A stretch of 64,000 nucleotides of DNA from Octopus sinensis (GCF_006345805.1 NC_042998.1:166222001-166286000), one strand, 5' to 3'; positions 36,012-51,273 are shown, counted from the first letter of the stretch. Program-made: numbers and translations. The notes: generated by a model not told the origin, from the sequence alone.

Positions 36012-37478
36012 TGTATGTATGTATGTATGTACGTACGTACGTATGTATATGTAAATCTGTATGAGAGAGCGTGTGTATGTGTTTTGTTTTCATATATACC
36101 TATAAAAGACTTTGTATGCGCACGAAAGTTACACAGACACAGCGATGGGTTTACAAAAGAATGGTATTACAATTAAGGTATTATACTTTGTTGTTTTATT
36201 GCTATAGATAGCCTTAGTCTTTGTTAAAGAGATTTGTGTATTTCCAACTGCTGTATTTGCCATCAGTTCTGCGAAAGGAGTTAGATTGTGAACCCTAACA
36301 TCTTCTATTGTTCTCAAGCTAGTCTTTAAATAAGCAATTCCTGTCTTCCTTTCTTGCACGCATAAATAGATGTGAATGTTTAGATTTTTAAAATATCTCA
36401 CCAGAGTGAAGGAACCGGTTTCCAACATCAAGACAAAGCTCTTTAAACTGAATTTAGACAACATCAGTTATATTTGTTTACATGGATTCTTGTATATGCG
36501 CATCTATATATCTGTGAAAATGCATAAATGCATAGGCAAAAGCATGTTCTTTACAAGTAGGTCTTTGTGTACCTGTGCATATACACATGTGTGTTCATGT
36601 GCACATGAACACACATGTGTATATGTTTAAAAGGGTCACAAGCTCCTCCCTTTTCCCCTCAGTTTTCCTAACTCGGCAGTGTCCTGTAATTTCGTCCACT
36701 TATCTAGTTAGAAGAGGCTGTACAGTTCCCATGTGTGGACTGCTCCAGCGAGGGAGATCTTGCTATTGTTGTTGTTGCTGCTGTTGTTGTTGTTAAGCAA
36801 CAAGACGGGTAAGGGTGATTAGGTGATGGTCTAGGGCTTAGGGGCGGGAGACCCCAGACCTTGGGAAAAAAAAACTTTGGTCGTCTTGTTGTAGTCGAGG
36901 GCTCTTCGTTGACGCCCGACATCACTGGAGGTGGCCCTCGAAGTCGCTGGAATGGAAATCTCCAGGTCCAAATTCTTGAACGGCTGCTGCTGCTGTTGGT
37001 GGTGTTGCTATTTCTATTACTGTTGCCTAACCAGCCGCTGCTGCCGTTACTACTGCTGTCTTTGCTGCTGTTGTTACCGTTATTGCTGCTGCTGCAACTG
37101 ACGCTGCGGTCGTTGTTACCTATGTCATCTGTTCGTTGCGTTCATATTCATTAAACACTTCATTCCACGTAAGGTCTGCGATCACTTTGGCATCTGACGT
37201 CTGGCACACAGTCCCTCCCCTCTTTTCGGGCACTAAGATGGAGAGAATGGGCAAATGTATAGCACAACCATTTGATCACTATAACCAAATCACCTCTGAA
37301 GGTTGTTCAAGAAGAAATTGCGGAAACTCTCACCTGTTACCTACAACTGAAGTGTCCGTCAGTAAGTGTGTGTGAACTTGCGTTCGTTCGCGCATGCTTG
37401 CATGCGTGTACGTGCATGTATGTGTGTGTGTGTACGTACTTGCCCGCGTGTGTTTGTATATTATATATATGTATATGC

Positions 37479-37509
<31 letters not shown>

Positions 37510-38959
37510 TGTATGTATGTATGTATGTACGTACGTACGTATGTATATGTAAATCTGTATGAGAGAGCGTGTGTATGTGTTTTGTTTTCATATATACCTA
37601 TAAAAGACTTTGTATGCGCACGAAAGTTACACAGACACAGCGATGGGTTTACAAAAGAATGGTATTACAATTAAGGTATTATACTTTGTTGTTTTATTGC
37701 TATAGATAGCCTTAGTCTTTGTTAAAGAGATTGTGTATTTCCAACTGCTGTATTTGCCATCAGTTCTGCGAAAGGAGTTAGATTGTGAACCCTAACATCT
37801 TCTATTGTTCTCAAGCTAGTCTTTAAATAAGCAATTCCTGTCTTCCTTTCTTGCACGCATAAATAGATGTGAATGTTTAGATTTTTAAAATATCTCACCA
37901 GAGTGAAGGAACCGGTTTCCAACATCAAGACAAAGCTCTTTAAACTGAATTTAGACAACATCAGTTATATTTGTTTACATGGATTCTTGTATATGCGCAT
38001 CTAATATCTGTGAAAATGCATAAATGCATAGGCAAAAGCATGTTCTTTACAAGTAGGTCTTTGTGTACCTGTGCATATACACATGTGTGTTCATGTGCAC
38101 ATGAACACACATGTGTATATGTTTAAAAGGGTCACAAGCTCCTCCCTTTTCCCCTCAGTTTTCCTAACTCGGCAGTGTCCTGTAATTTCGTCCACTTATC
38201 TAGTTAGAAGAGGCTGTACAGTTCCCATGTGTGGACTGCTCCAGCGAGGGAGATCTTGCTATTGTTGTTGTTGCTGCTGTTGTTGTTGTTAAGCAACAAG
38301 ACGGGTAAGGGTGATTAGGTGATGGTCTAGGGCTTAGGGGCGGGAGACCCCAGACCTTGGGAAAAAAAAACTTTGGTCGTCTTGTTGTAGTCGAGGGCTC
38401 TTCGTTGACGCCCGACATCACTGGGAGGTGGCCCTCGAAGTCGCTGGAAATGGAAATCTCCAGGTCCAAATTCTTGAACGGCTGCTGCTGCTGTTGGTGG
38501 TGTTGCTATTTCTATTACTGTTGCCTAACCAGCCGCTGCTGCCGTTACTACTGCTGTCTTTGCTGCTGTTGTTACCGTTATTGCTGCTGCTGCAACTGAC
38601 GCTGCGGTCGTTGTTACCTATGTCATCTGTTTCGTTGCGTTCATATTCATTAAACACTTCATTCCACGTAAGGTCTGCGATCACTTTGGCATCTGACGTC
38701 TGGCACACAGTCCCTCCCCTCTTTTCGGGCACTAAGATGGAGAGAATGGGCAAATGTATAGCACAACCATTTGATCACTATAACCAAATCACCTCTGAAG
38801 GTTGTTCAAGAAGAAATTGCGGAAACTCTCACCTGTTACCTACAACTGAAGTGTCCGTCAGTAAGTGTGTGTGAACTTGCGTTCGTTCGCGCATGCTTGC
38901 ATGCGTGTACGTGCATGTATGTGTGTGTGTGTACGTACTTGCCCGCGTGTGTTTGTATA
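35963..38959. repeat. 1.5-kb direct tandem duplication (35963-37460 / 37461-38959)
   Basis: Offset 1498-1499 throughout. By eye the copies differ only by five 1-nt indels. Confidence 0.95.
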
Positions 38960-39766
38960 TATATATATATGTGTGTATGTCTGTATACTACAGGCTAAAT
39001 GTCTGAAATGTTTTTACAATAAGTTTCTGTTTAATTTTTCCGCTGATGCTTTTTTTTTTCTTAGTCGTTCTTTGATGTTTTTTCATCGTGTTTTCAGGCA
39101 AAGTATTTGTAATGATTTTCTTATGGTCGTAATTTCAAGTTTACGACAATTATCGCCGCAATTTTGAATAAAACGTTTCGTTGATGGCTGCGAGGAGAAA
39201 ATAACCAGTTATTTAACAAGTCTGATAATTGTAGCTTTTATGTTGGAGGTAATATTTATCACCAATGAACGGCATGCTTTTATTCATGCTGTAGAGTATG
39301 TATGTATGTATGTATGTATGTATGTATGTATGTATGTATGTATGTATGTATGTATGTATGTACGAACGTACGTACATATGTCTGTGCATTTGTGTGCATG
39401 TGTGTGTGTATGAATTTATGCGTGTATATGTATATAGGTATATATCTTGGAATCTTAGTGACTTACATTACTGCCTTTGATAGCCCAAGCTTTCATCAGA
39501 CTAGTTAGCATTCTTGCGTTTAGGGAGGCCTTATTCAGGCTGTGGTTGCTTTGTACATTGCTTCACGCAACGCTGCACAGTAACCATCGGCTTATGGTGT
39601 CTGCTGGTGGAGTGTCAAGTAGTACTTTTAATTGACAAGTCATATTCACTGCAAGTGAATATATTGCACTTCAACAATTTTTAGGTTGCTGACGTTCACT
39701 CGCTTTGGTGTAATTCCGTGTCACAGACAGTTTGCATGTGGTACATATTAATACGTAGTCAATGTA

Positions 39767-39965
39767 GAGCGGTGAGCTGATAGAATCGTTAGCACGCTGG
39801 GCAAAATGTTTAGCGGTATTTCGAACGTCTTTATGTTCTGAGTTCAAGTTCTGTCGAGGTTGGCTCCTTTCAGAGTCGCTAAAATAAGAATCAATTGAGC
39901 ACTGAGTTCGATGTAATCGACTAGCCTCACCCACAAAATTGCTGGGCTTGTGCCCAAATTTGAAA
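39767..39965 (+). mobile_element. SINE A, diverged
   Basis: gagcggtgagctgatagaatcgttagcacg...gagttcaagttc...gatgtaatcgact. Confidence 0.75.
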
Positions 39966-40029
39966 GCAATATATCAGTGTGGTAAGTAGCTTCTCTCTTC
40001 AAGCCATATACGCTTTTCTTTTCTTTTTT

Positions 40030-40505
<476 letters not shown>

Positions 40506-40519
40506 CATGTATAGTTTTT

Positions 40520-41880
40520 ATTCGCAATATTGTCCCTGAGGATGTCATTGCCTCGACTGCAGATGACCCCGGCTATAATACCACATTTCAGGAGAATGCA
40601 AAAAAAAAAATTATTTGTAAAACCAGATCACATTTGGTGCATAGTTCAATCGGGAGTTATCCATTGGAGTTAAGATTACTTCCAAAATTTCCTAGAACTT
40701 AGAACTTTTCTGGTATTCCTTCTTCTGGTATTCCTTCTTCATTAGAGTATCCGAGGATAAGTAGCTTATCTTTTGTTAGCACGGTATCTAGGTGTCTCTG
40801 TGGTGTAGTATAGAACTCTTCTATCTTATTCTACACATTTGTCATCGTAAGGGTATTGACTCTAAAAACCGTAATATTTTAACTTCCAGTCTCACTTTCA
40901 TCATCCTATCGGATGTAACAACTAGGGATTTAGCTCAGATGGACCCCACTATTGTTACTTTTAATGCCCTTCTTCCCAAATAAGTGAAGAAGAAAGCAAA
41001 GTCCTCTCTGCAGTGGTCGAATGCTGAATATTGTACTGCGAAGGCCCCAGTCTTAAACAGGACCTCGGCCCCACCGAAATGCCTTGTGCAAGGTATCTGT
41101 GCAATTTTCTGCCATACATCATTAAGGGCCATTTCTACATGTGCATCGTGGCCGTCTCCAGGCCACGAGATTTCAAACTCAGGCAATTGTAGTTGGTTTT
41201 AAAAGGGGGCACAGGTTCTTCTCTTTTCTCCTAGGTTTTCCTAACTCGGCAGTGTCCTGTAATTCGTCCACTTATCTAGTTAGAAGAGGCTGTACAGTTC
41301 TCCTATGTGGACTGCTCCAGCGAGGGAGATCTTGCTATTGTTGTTGTTGCTGATGCTGTTAGTGGTGTTGCTATTTCTATTACCTAACCAGCCGCTGCTA
41401 TCGTTACTACTGCTGTCTTTGCTGCTGTTGTTTCCGTTATTGCCGTTGCTGCAACTGACGCTGCGGTGGTTGTTAACTTTAGTATCTTTGCCGCTGTTAT
41501 AGCCACTGCAACCGCCGTTGCCTTTCCTATCATTGCTGCTGCTGCTGTCGTTGCTGCAACAACAACAACAAACTGATGCAGTGGTACAACTTTTTAAACT
41601 TCGAACTGTCAACGATAAAATCTCCTCCTACCTTTTCATGAGCAGAATACCGTCTCTACAACCATTGCTGCTGTCTTTTCCTCTTCTTCTTCTTCTTCTT
41701 CTTCTTCTTCTTCTTCTTCTTCTTCTTCTTCTTCTTCTTCTTTTTCTTCTTCTTCTTCTTCTTCTTCTTCTTCTTCTTCTTCTTCTTCTTCTTCTTCTTC
41801 TTCTTCTTCTTCTTTTTCTTCTTCTTCTTCTTCTTCTTCTTCTTCTTCTTCCGATCAGGACTCACACCATTAGCCACAAA
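40520..41880 (-). mobile_element. Decayed LINE ORF1-like remnant with low-complexity N-terminal part
   Basis: EVLFKTGAFAVQYS...FFTYLGRRALKVTI and a degenerate CCHC-like LKCG..GHLQS near 40560. Its Thr/Ala-rich segment 41200-41560 also occurs at about 36640-37120 and 38140-38620. Family call is from recollection only. Confidence 0.4.
41677..41850. repeat. (CTT)n microsatellite
   Basis: Direct reading. Two TTT interruptions. Confidence 0.95.
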
Positions 41881-42177
41881 GAATAATCTCTAATTCGAGC
41901 CTACTCTAAGCTACTAAGAATGCGTGTGGCAACTTGAAGATCCGCCCACCACACGCTAGAGACTGGCGGTTGCACGGGTGCGAAAGCTACGTTGTTATCC
42001 TCATTCCGTAAACAGTGGCTTTTAACGGGTGGAGAGATGAACCATCCTGGGGTACAGAGGATTCGCAATCTAAACTAAGGTCTGAAAGTTTACCACACCA
42101 TAGTGGGTTACGCCATGGTTCCTCTGCTTTGTGGCAGAATTATGAAAAAGAGTGAGAGAAAGTTGTGGTGAAAGAAT

Positions 42178-43035
42178 ACAACTCCGGAAGAAAACTAAAA
42201 CTTTCAGAATTGTTAGAAAGGATCACAAAAGTACAGCTCCGAAAATTACTGCAGAGCTTAATGAGTACCTCGAAAACGGAAGGGCTGCAATCAGAAAGCC
42301 ACTACCTAAAAAAACAAAAAACAAAAAAAAAACATGCAAAGCGTTTAAAGTGGAGTAAAAATCTACAGAATTTGTCCCTAGGGCAGTAGAACAATGTTAT
42401 TTTCTTAGACGAGTCATCCTTTACTTTATTTCTGACCACCGGCCGAGTATACATTTGGAGCAGCCAAAAGAACCATTTGACCCAGACTGCTTTCTTCCAA
42501 CTGTTAAACAAGGAGGAGAATCTGTGATGATCGGAGTGGAGGCTATACCTTGGAAATCCGCCGGCCCAATGGTTCCCCTTCATGACAGAATTAATAGCCA
42601 AGAGTATTTAAGCGTTTTATCTGATCAAATTACATCCTATAGTTGCGGAACTGTTTCTGGAGGGAACCGCAGTCTTTCAGGATGATAATGCACCAATTCA
42701 CAGAGTTAAAGTTGTTACTGAATGGCACAGGGAACATTCTAGTGAAGTTGAACATCTCTGGTCACCACAGTCCACCAGATCTCAATATTGTTGAACATTT
42801 ATGATGCATTTTAGAAAAACAAGGAGTCGATGCCCTGCACCATCATCACTACAAGAACAGGAGACTGTTTTAGCTGAAGAATGGACAAAAATTCCTTTGG
42901 AAACAAATCAAACTTTGTACGAGTCCATATCTCGTAGAATTAAAGCTGTAATTACTGCCAAAGGCGATCCTACTCCATATTAAAATAAATTTGTTTGAAA
43001 TTTTACGGTGTTTCCATTATTTTGCCCAACCTCTG
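42178..43035 (+). mobile_element. Tc1-family transposon, 5'-truncated, with frameshifts
   Basis: NSGRKLKLS, VIFLDESSFTLF, LPTVKQGGESVM, QDDNAPIHR, PDLNIVEHL, AVITAKGDPTPY*. 3' TIR ends ttttgcccaacctctg|TA. Confidence 0.92.
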
Positions 43036-43072
<37 letters not shown>

Positions 43073-43095
43073 CACACACACACACCACACACATA

Positions 43096-43132
<37 letters not shown>

Positions 43133-43939
43133 CATGTAATTGTATACATATGATTGTATACATATAATTGTATACATATAATTGTGTACATATATATAAT
43201 GTGTGTATATGTGCACGTATATATGAATATATATGTGTGTATGTTTGTGTGTATGTGTGTGTATGTGTGTGTGTGTGTGTTTAGACAGACATGTAAACAC
43301 AAACCTACATATTCGAATATAATCCAAATATGTATGCGTATACTGAATAAGAAATACTATGATGCGGGCAAGGTTAGATTCTTTTACAAATCGTCCTACC
43401 AGCATGACACTTTATTAAATTTAATCTATTCGAAGTTTTTTGCCCTTCGATATGTATTAATAATTTTATTTTAACGAGCTTTACTGAATCACTTTCTCTA
43501 TGTAATATCACGTTGAAAGCAAATAGAATAAGCGTTTATAGAGCTCATTCTTACTAAATAATGGGAAACTTCATAAATAATCAGTGAAGATAGATAACCT
43601 TTGGTGCTTATAAATAGAGCTAAATATGAAGCTATATTAAATGATTTTTGAATAGAGTTTCATATTGTTACAGTGTAGATAGACACACGCATACACACAT
43701 GTAAACACATATACACAATATACATGCGTGTATGAGAATATCCGAGGTTATAAATGTGTGTGTGTTTGTGCGTGTGTTTGTGTGTGTATGTGCGTGCGTG
43801 TGTGTGTATTAGCGACAGAAGCAGTATTAATACCCGGAGATGATATTTATGCCCACTTAAAAGTCGTTGTTCTGTTAGCACAAAGAATACTGCAATAGTT
43901 ACAATGAGAGAACATCATGTTGGCTTCTGGTGCACATAT

Positions 43940-44393
43940 ACATACATATACATATACATATACATTGGGATATATATATTATATAATATAATATATATAT
44001 ATATAATATATATATATATATGTATGTATGTATGTATATATGTATGTATGCATGTATGTATGTATACATATACATTTATATGTATGTGTATATATATATA
44101 CATATACATATATATATATATGCATATATATACATATATATATACACATATATGCATACATATATAAATATATACATATATATATATATATGTATATATA
44201 TGTGCATATATAAATAAATGAATATATATATGTGTGTGAGTGTGTGTGTATATTATATATATATGTATATATATATATGTATATAAATATGTATATATAT
44301 GTATAGTATATATATATACGTAATGTATGTATATATATATATATATATAATATACATATACGTATATATATATATATATATATATACATATAC

Positions 44394-44467
<74 letters not shown>

Positions 44468-44470
44468 TAT
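43940..44470. repeat. Long (TA)/(TATG)/(CA) microsatellite tract
   Basis: Direct reading. Source of several spurious YI-repeat ORFs. Confidence 0.95.
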
Positions 44471-44471
44471 A

Positions 44472-44848
44472 TTGGAAGCACTCCGTCGGTACGACGACGA
44501 GGGTTCCGGTTGATCCGAATCAACGGAACAGCCTGCTCGTGAAATTAACGTGTAAATGGCTGAGCACTCCACAGACACGTGTACCCTTAACGTAGTTCTC
44601 GGGGATATTCAGCGTGACACAGAGAGTGACAAGGCCGGCCCTTTGAAATACAGGTACAACTGAAACAGGAAGTAAGAGAAGTTGTGGTGAAAGAGTACAG
44701 CAGGGATCACCACCATCCCCTGCCGGAGCCTCGTGGAGCTTTAGGTGTTTTCGCTCAATAAACACTCACAACGCCCGGTCTGGGAATCGAAACGCGATCC
44801 TATGACCGCGAGTCCGCTGCCCTAACCACTGGGCCATTGCGCCTCCAC
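44472..44848 (-). mobile_element. SINE family C, tail type 2
   Basis: Head matches 25711 (gtggaggcgcaatggcccagtggttagggc), but the 3' half is different. Confidence 0.85.
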
Positions 44849-44861
44849 TATAATATATATA

Positions 44862-44907
<46 letters not shown>

Positions 44908-44923
44908 TATATTATATATATTA

Positions 44924-45065
<142 letters not shown>

Positions 45066-45740
45066 AATTTGAGGATAAAATTCTTTTCGAAAAAAATATT
45101 TTCTCGAAAAGAGCCTCAGTTCAAATCGCACGTGCCTCGAATGGGCTGGAGTATTTCTATTTTGGATGTATTTGGGGTACTTAGGTGTGCCCATGACTTA
45201 GTATTTGCTTCTTCCATGGGTATGAGTAAGTATCTCATTTATTTCTTTTGCCACATGTATCACTGACGAAGAGTATATATATATACTTCATGTATTATGT
45301 AAGAATGTTCTTGATAGAATGCTTATATCTGATGAAGGTGAGAAGCTGTTGACTAAAGTGTAATACGAATTAACAAAAAAAAAAAAAAAGGAACATCCCG
45401 AAGATAATATAATTAACGTATATGACTCGAGCTTGTTCAGCAGAATTTAATTCCAGATGTTGTATTGAAAATCTAAAGTGTAAGAAGTTTACTTCCGGCA
45501 AATTGAGATTACAATGTCGTTTCAACTTCCGATTGGCGCCATTCCATTCCCTTTATATCACTAAACCTTTTCAGAAGGGGATAACTTCCAGACTTCCCAA
45601 ATACCCATTCCTAAAAATAGAGCTTTTGTGCCCAGTTAAAAGCCTAGCACTATTTACAAATGACGGTTGTTTGTGCTTCTGCCTCTATCTCAAGCTATCT
45701 ATTCATATGTATACGATTACACGCGCGCGCGCACACACGT

Positions 45741-45790
<50 letters not shown>

Positions 45791-45897
45791 TTATTCATAC
45801 CTCTTCCTTCGCACACACATACACACACAAATATACATATGCATATAATACGTATATATATAATATACACACATATACACGTATATGCATATATATA

Positions 45898-45939
<42 letters not shown>

Positions 45940-46426
45940 ACTTAGAATAACTTAGAAAGGTTTTGGCCAGTATTGGCCCAGGCCATGTCTAACTTAATAG
46001 CACCGAGAAAAAAAGTCGTCAGAATTTTGGGAAAAAAATCTTTTCATTTATTCATTATTATATAGCGCTTTCGTTCCTTACTCTAGATAAATAGTTTTTC
46101 TATCTATCCGTTTATCTATCTATCTTTCTATTCATCTTTCTATCTATCAGTCTATCTACTTACCTGTATTTCTATCAATCCATCTCCATTGTCATGCTAC
46201 CTCACCCAAAAAAACAAAAACAATGTTCTCTTCTAAAGAAAACCCCACAAAAACATCTGTTTTATATAAATGGACAAAATTTTATTTGATAAGTTCGAGA
46301 AAAAAACGAAAGCGCTAGTTATTAATGATGAAATGAAAAGATTTTTTTCTTAAAATTCTGACGTCTTTTTTCTCAATATTCAATTCCTGTACATCACACT
46401 TAACACACATGTATATATGTATGCCT

Positions 46427-46513
<87 letters not shown>

Positions 46514-46849
46514 CCTTTGTATGTTTGTTTTCTTTCTCTTTTTAATTTAGAATGAAATTTGACCGTCCACCTGTTTGGTAGCAAGGTTATGAAGCAAAGC
46601 ATCTTGGTTTGTACATCATCCTTGAAATCTTATGAAGGTCTTACAGATTTTTGTAGTCCCAGATATCGCGATCATTTGAAGCGTATGAAATAACGATTTG
46701 CATTCTCTCCCAAAGGACCCAACTTCAGACAGTTTGGTATGTAACCCGTTGATTCAGTAATAACTTATGAAGTTGAAAGTGTAATTTGGGTACTGGATTT
46801 TCAAAATCCTTATCAGTTGTCTATAGATGTCCTCTTTCTTTTGTATGTA

Positions 46850-47360
46850 CCGTAAATCTTCGAGTATAGTCCGCCCTTGAGTATAATACGCAGGGGAGTT
46901 TTAGGAGGCTGTACCTCTGAAAAACCTAAACCTTGTGTATAATACGCACACCTTCTCTAACTTGAGTCAAGGAGGTCTATATAACGTCCTTGGTTTGTAA
47001 AAATGTATGCGGTAACGTACTATATTATTATTGTATATATAGCATAATGCAAACGCGAACCTTTTTTGTGCATTTTGTTTGCAGAAAATAAAGAAATAAC
47101 ATTAATAACGTTTAATAAATGTTGCTTACTGCAAGTTATGGGTGATTCTTTTATGACTTCATTGCTTTCAGGCTTAGCTTAAGGTATTTTCGCACCCGAC
47201 ATCACAAAATGCGTCTGAATAAACATTGCCGGACAGCAAATAGAGATTCGGACATTGCTTAGAAAATAATTTTCGCTTTTAACCTCGTGTATAATATGCA
47301 CTAGGGGTTTTGACTTTTAAATTTTGGGGGAAAAATGCGGATTATACTCGCGGATTTACG
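46850..47360. mobile_element. Tc2/pogo-type MITE
   Basis: TA|ccgtaaatcttcgagtatagtccgc ... gcggattatactcgcggatttacg|TA, with internal gtataata(c/t)gca repeats. Confidence 0.8.
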
Positions 47361-47952
47361 TAGTATGTATGTATGTATGTATGTATGTATGTATGTATGT
47401 ATGTATGTACGTATGTATGTATGTATGTATGTATGTATGTATGTATGTATGTATGCATGTATGTATGCATGTATTTCCCATGTGATGAACTGTAATCAGA
47501 TGATTTACGGAATTTTACGTTTGTCAGATATTTAGCAACAAGCCACTTCAGTTTTCGCTCTTGTTTTGATTTGTGAAGATAACATTGACTTTGACTCAGC
47601 CAAAATATTTATAAATTGTCTAACGGTGACGGCCATACGGAAAAACAGCAACCGCACACACACACACAACACTTAAACACACACACACACACAGAACAGA
47701 GGTAAACCATTAATGTGTGTGTATTGTTTGTATATGTGTGTGTGTGCGTGCAAGTGTGTGTGTGAGTGAGTCAGTGTATACGTATATATATATAATATGT
47801 ATATATATATGTGTGTGTGTGTGTACATATATATATTATATATATATAGATATATGTGTGTGTATGTATATATATATATATACACACATATATATGTATA
47901 TATACAGAGAGGGAGTGAGGGGAGAGAGAGGGAGAGGGAGAGCGAGAGATAT

Positions 47953-48037
<85 letters not shown>

Positions 48038-48231
48038 AAATACCTTGTTGACATTACAAGCACATGCCATTTCTTTAGAAATTTCGGGAGATATTAAATC
48101 ATTCATTTTAACGGGAGAACTTGAAATAGATAAAGTAATAAATAAATATTAGTATGTAGAATACTGGGTTAAAGAGAACCTTGGTTTCTTTTTCTTTCTA
48201 AGGAACTTTTTAACCAATATTTTTCATAGAA

Positions 48232-48450
48232 TTATTTTGTTCGTTTCAGTCATTTAGACCAAAGCACGCTAGGGCACCACCTTGAAGAATTTTAGCCGTA
48301 ATGAATCGTCCCAGTCTTTATTTATGCTTAAGTCTAGAACTTATTCCATCTCTCTCTCTCTTTTATCGAAACGCTAAGTTACGGGAACATAAACACAGCA
48401 ACAGTTTGTCAACCGTGATAAGGGACAAGCACAGACACACGGATATACAT
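48232..48450 (-). mobile_element. SINE B 3' half, diverged
   Basis: ttgttcgtttcagtcatttagacc...cgctaagttacgggaacataaacac. Confidence 0.65.
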
Positions 48451-48464
48451 CATTCTTAATATTG

Positions 48465-48620
48465 GTTTCAAATCTTGGCACAAGGTCAGGAATTTCAAAA
48501 GAGGGATAAATCGATAAGATCGACCCTAGTGCTCAATTAGTACTTATTTTATCGAACCCGAAAATATGAAAGGTAAAGTCAATCCCGGCATACTCACGAC
48601 GCTGCCAGCTCGCCACCTTG
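48465..48620 (-). mobile_element. SINE A with internal deletion
   Basis: atcgaccctagtgctcaattagtacttattttatcgaacccgaaaatatgaaagg...gctgccagctcgccacc. Confidence 0.7.
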
Positions 48621-49396
48621 CTTCATTCTTAATGTTAGCAACTGAGAGTGAAAGTGTTACCCGTAGACACAATACAGTGTTAGTGAGAGGATACAAAACA
48701 CCAGCTTCTCAGTTGGTAGATTATTGCATCGTAGACGCAGCAAGTCGCTCTCGATGGAAAGACGCAAATAAATAAACAATAGCAAGCGTAACACTTACAG
48801 AAGTATCATTGTTTAACATTAGGACGTTCCTGTGGAAGTAAATTTACAATAAAAAAGAAAAAAAAAACACTACAGTTATGGGTATCCTCTATTTCTGTTT
48901 TTACTCAGAAATATCGTTCAATGTGATATTGTGTTTTGTAAATTAGTAGGTTTTGGCTGCCTTTTCGTTTAAAAGTTTGAGAAAGTGTGTACGGCTTCTT
49001 CGTTGGTGCGAAACTGGTAAAGTAATAGGAAGCTATATATATAGTAAGAAAAAAGGATGAGAATTTCGATTATCCCCAAGTGCTAAGTTGTAATGCAAAA
49101 AATATATATACAAAGTAAAAGAAGGAAAATGCACCCAGTCTATCACCGATTACCCCCCTTAGATTTTTCTACTTGTTGATTCAATCATAACCTTTCATAC
49201 AAGAACATGAACTAAAATCTTAAGAAAATACGAAATTACAATAATTTCAAAGTCATGATTAGCGAAAGCGAAAACGGTCAACATCCACAATACTCTTTCA
49301 TTTAAAATATATTAAAACTATGTAAACTGTGCGCATTTTCCTTCTTTTATTATATATGTATATATTTTGCATATATACACACACATGTACATATAC

Positions 49397-49461
<65 letters not shown>

Positions 49462-49557
49462 ATATATATATAATATATATATAACAGATATATTTTATTT
49501 TAACAGATATATTTACCAAAATTACATTAAAATATCTTGAAATACTAAAGAATAAAT

Positions 49558-50197
49558 TTATCCAATAAAATCGCCATTTGCTTCAACCGCGGCCTCCAGA
49601 CGACTTCGGAACCTCCTGCGACTCTTCTGGACGGTCTCCTTGTTTAAGTTGGTGAATGCTGCCATAATCTTTACCTTCAGTTCCTCTTTGCTATTACAAG
49701 GAGTTTTGTTGGTCTCTCGCTCAATTACACCCCACCCATAATAATCAAGAGAGTTGCAGTCTGGGAAGTTAGGTGGTCAGATGTTAGGAATGATGTGGAC
49801 GCAGAAATTGTCTGACAGCTGTGACTGAGTTCTCCTGCTTGTGCAGAATGGTGCAGAGTCCTGTTGCCAGACACAAGGTCTTCCAGCAGCCACTCTCTTG
49901 ACCCATGGCAGCACTACCTCCTCCAGGTACTTGATGTAGACCTACGTATTGAGTCTGCGGTCGTGTGGGAAGATGAATAGAGGCATAACTTCACCATCAC
50001 TAGTGATAACTCCAATCACCATGACTGGATTTTGACAGGATGTTTGATTGTTATCACTCTCGGTCCATGTCCTCACATTGCACTGTCCTCAGATTGACAC
50101 CCAAACACTCTGAAATGTTCGTATTCGAGCTTCCGGCGCGAATGCCAAGCTGTACAGCATGTCGTTTCGAAACTTCTGTCAGAATGAATTGCATCAT
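49558..50197 (-). pseudogene. maT (DD37D) transposase with large internal deletion
   Basis: MMQFILTEVSKRHAVQLGIRAG.. joins to PVMVIGVITSDG...WQQDSAP...PPNFPDCNSLDY...AVEANGDFIG*. I count exactly 37 codons between the second and third D. Confidence 0.9.
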
Positions 50198-51273
50198 GGT
50201 GCTGTTTTTCTCACATACGGTCCCCGACTGACCCTATCAGCTTTCTCACTTGATATTCCAAGTTTAAATCCTGATGGCCTCACTCTCACTCTTCTGGGAT
50301 TCGATTAAATAAGAAACAATCGAGTTCAGGCTCAAATATTCTACCATACGCATCTCACATACGTTTGGGAGCGTTTTACCAAAATGAGAATGTCTTACAT
50401 GTATTTTGTCTGAGTATTAGCAGATAGTGAAAATGGACTGGTTTCCTATGGGCATCAAAAATCCAATATTAGATTTAACGTGACGAGATTTAACGCTTTA
50501 CATTATTCTTCTCTTAATTAAAACTGACAAAGTTATGATTTCTTATACCAGCGTAAGATCACATAGTTATCAGTGAAGAGAATAGTCGCCTAAATTAACA
50601 ATAGTGCATAATCAGTTGAATGGGTAGCAAGTAATATACAGAAAGCTGTAGGTTCACTTGTTAAGATATTTTGTTAGCCAGTTTCGATTCTCGTTTGAGG
50701 CAATTTTCAGGAGACTAGATTGAAAGAGGAAGTCAAATACTGTTTGATTTAAACTTGGGATTTAAAACCATGGAATTAAATGTTGAAAATCACTTACTTT
50801 TGCTCTTTATTTTTAAAGACACTGCAATGCCCTTTTACACTTGGTAAGAAAACGATTTTCCATATTGGCATAAAATTATCAATTTATAAAATGAAGGAGG
50901 TATATTCAATCTATTACTGGTATTTAATTTGTTGGCCTCGGAATGATAAAAGAAGACGTAGATCAGATCTTGGTGGGATCTTAACATAGAAACAGAGACG
51001 TAATTAAATACTGCAAACCATTTTGTTTGGTACTCTGTAACTTTTCCCATCAAAAACCTACTCATTGCTGTTACTAATAATGATAACTAATAATTTAGCG
51101 GGGAATACCGTTGGAATTAGCAGGAATGCCGCACTGTTGGAGTAAATATTTTATGCAGGATTTAGTTTCACCCTACTAATCACTAAATTCAAATTTCGTT
51201 TGGGTCAATTTTGTTTCTTATTTCTTGGTGGTCTATGAAATGAACACCAGTAGTAAAAGTGGATAGATTCAAC

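Noticed and set aside
45250-45285. CTGACGA-a-gagtat..atact hairpin
   Set aside because: No GAAA or helix III follows.
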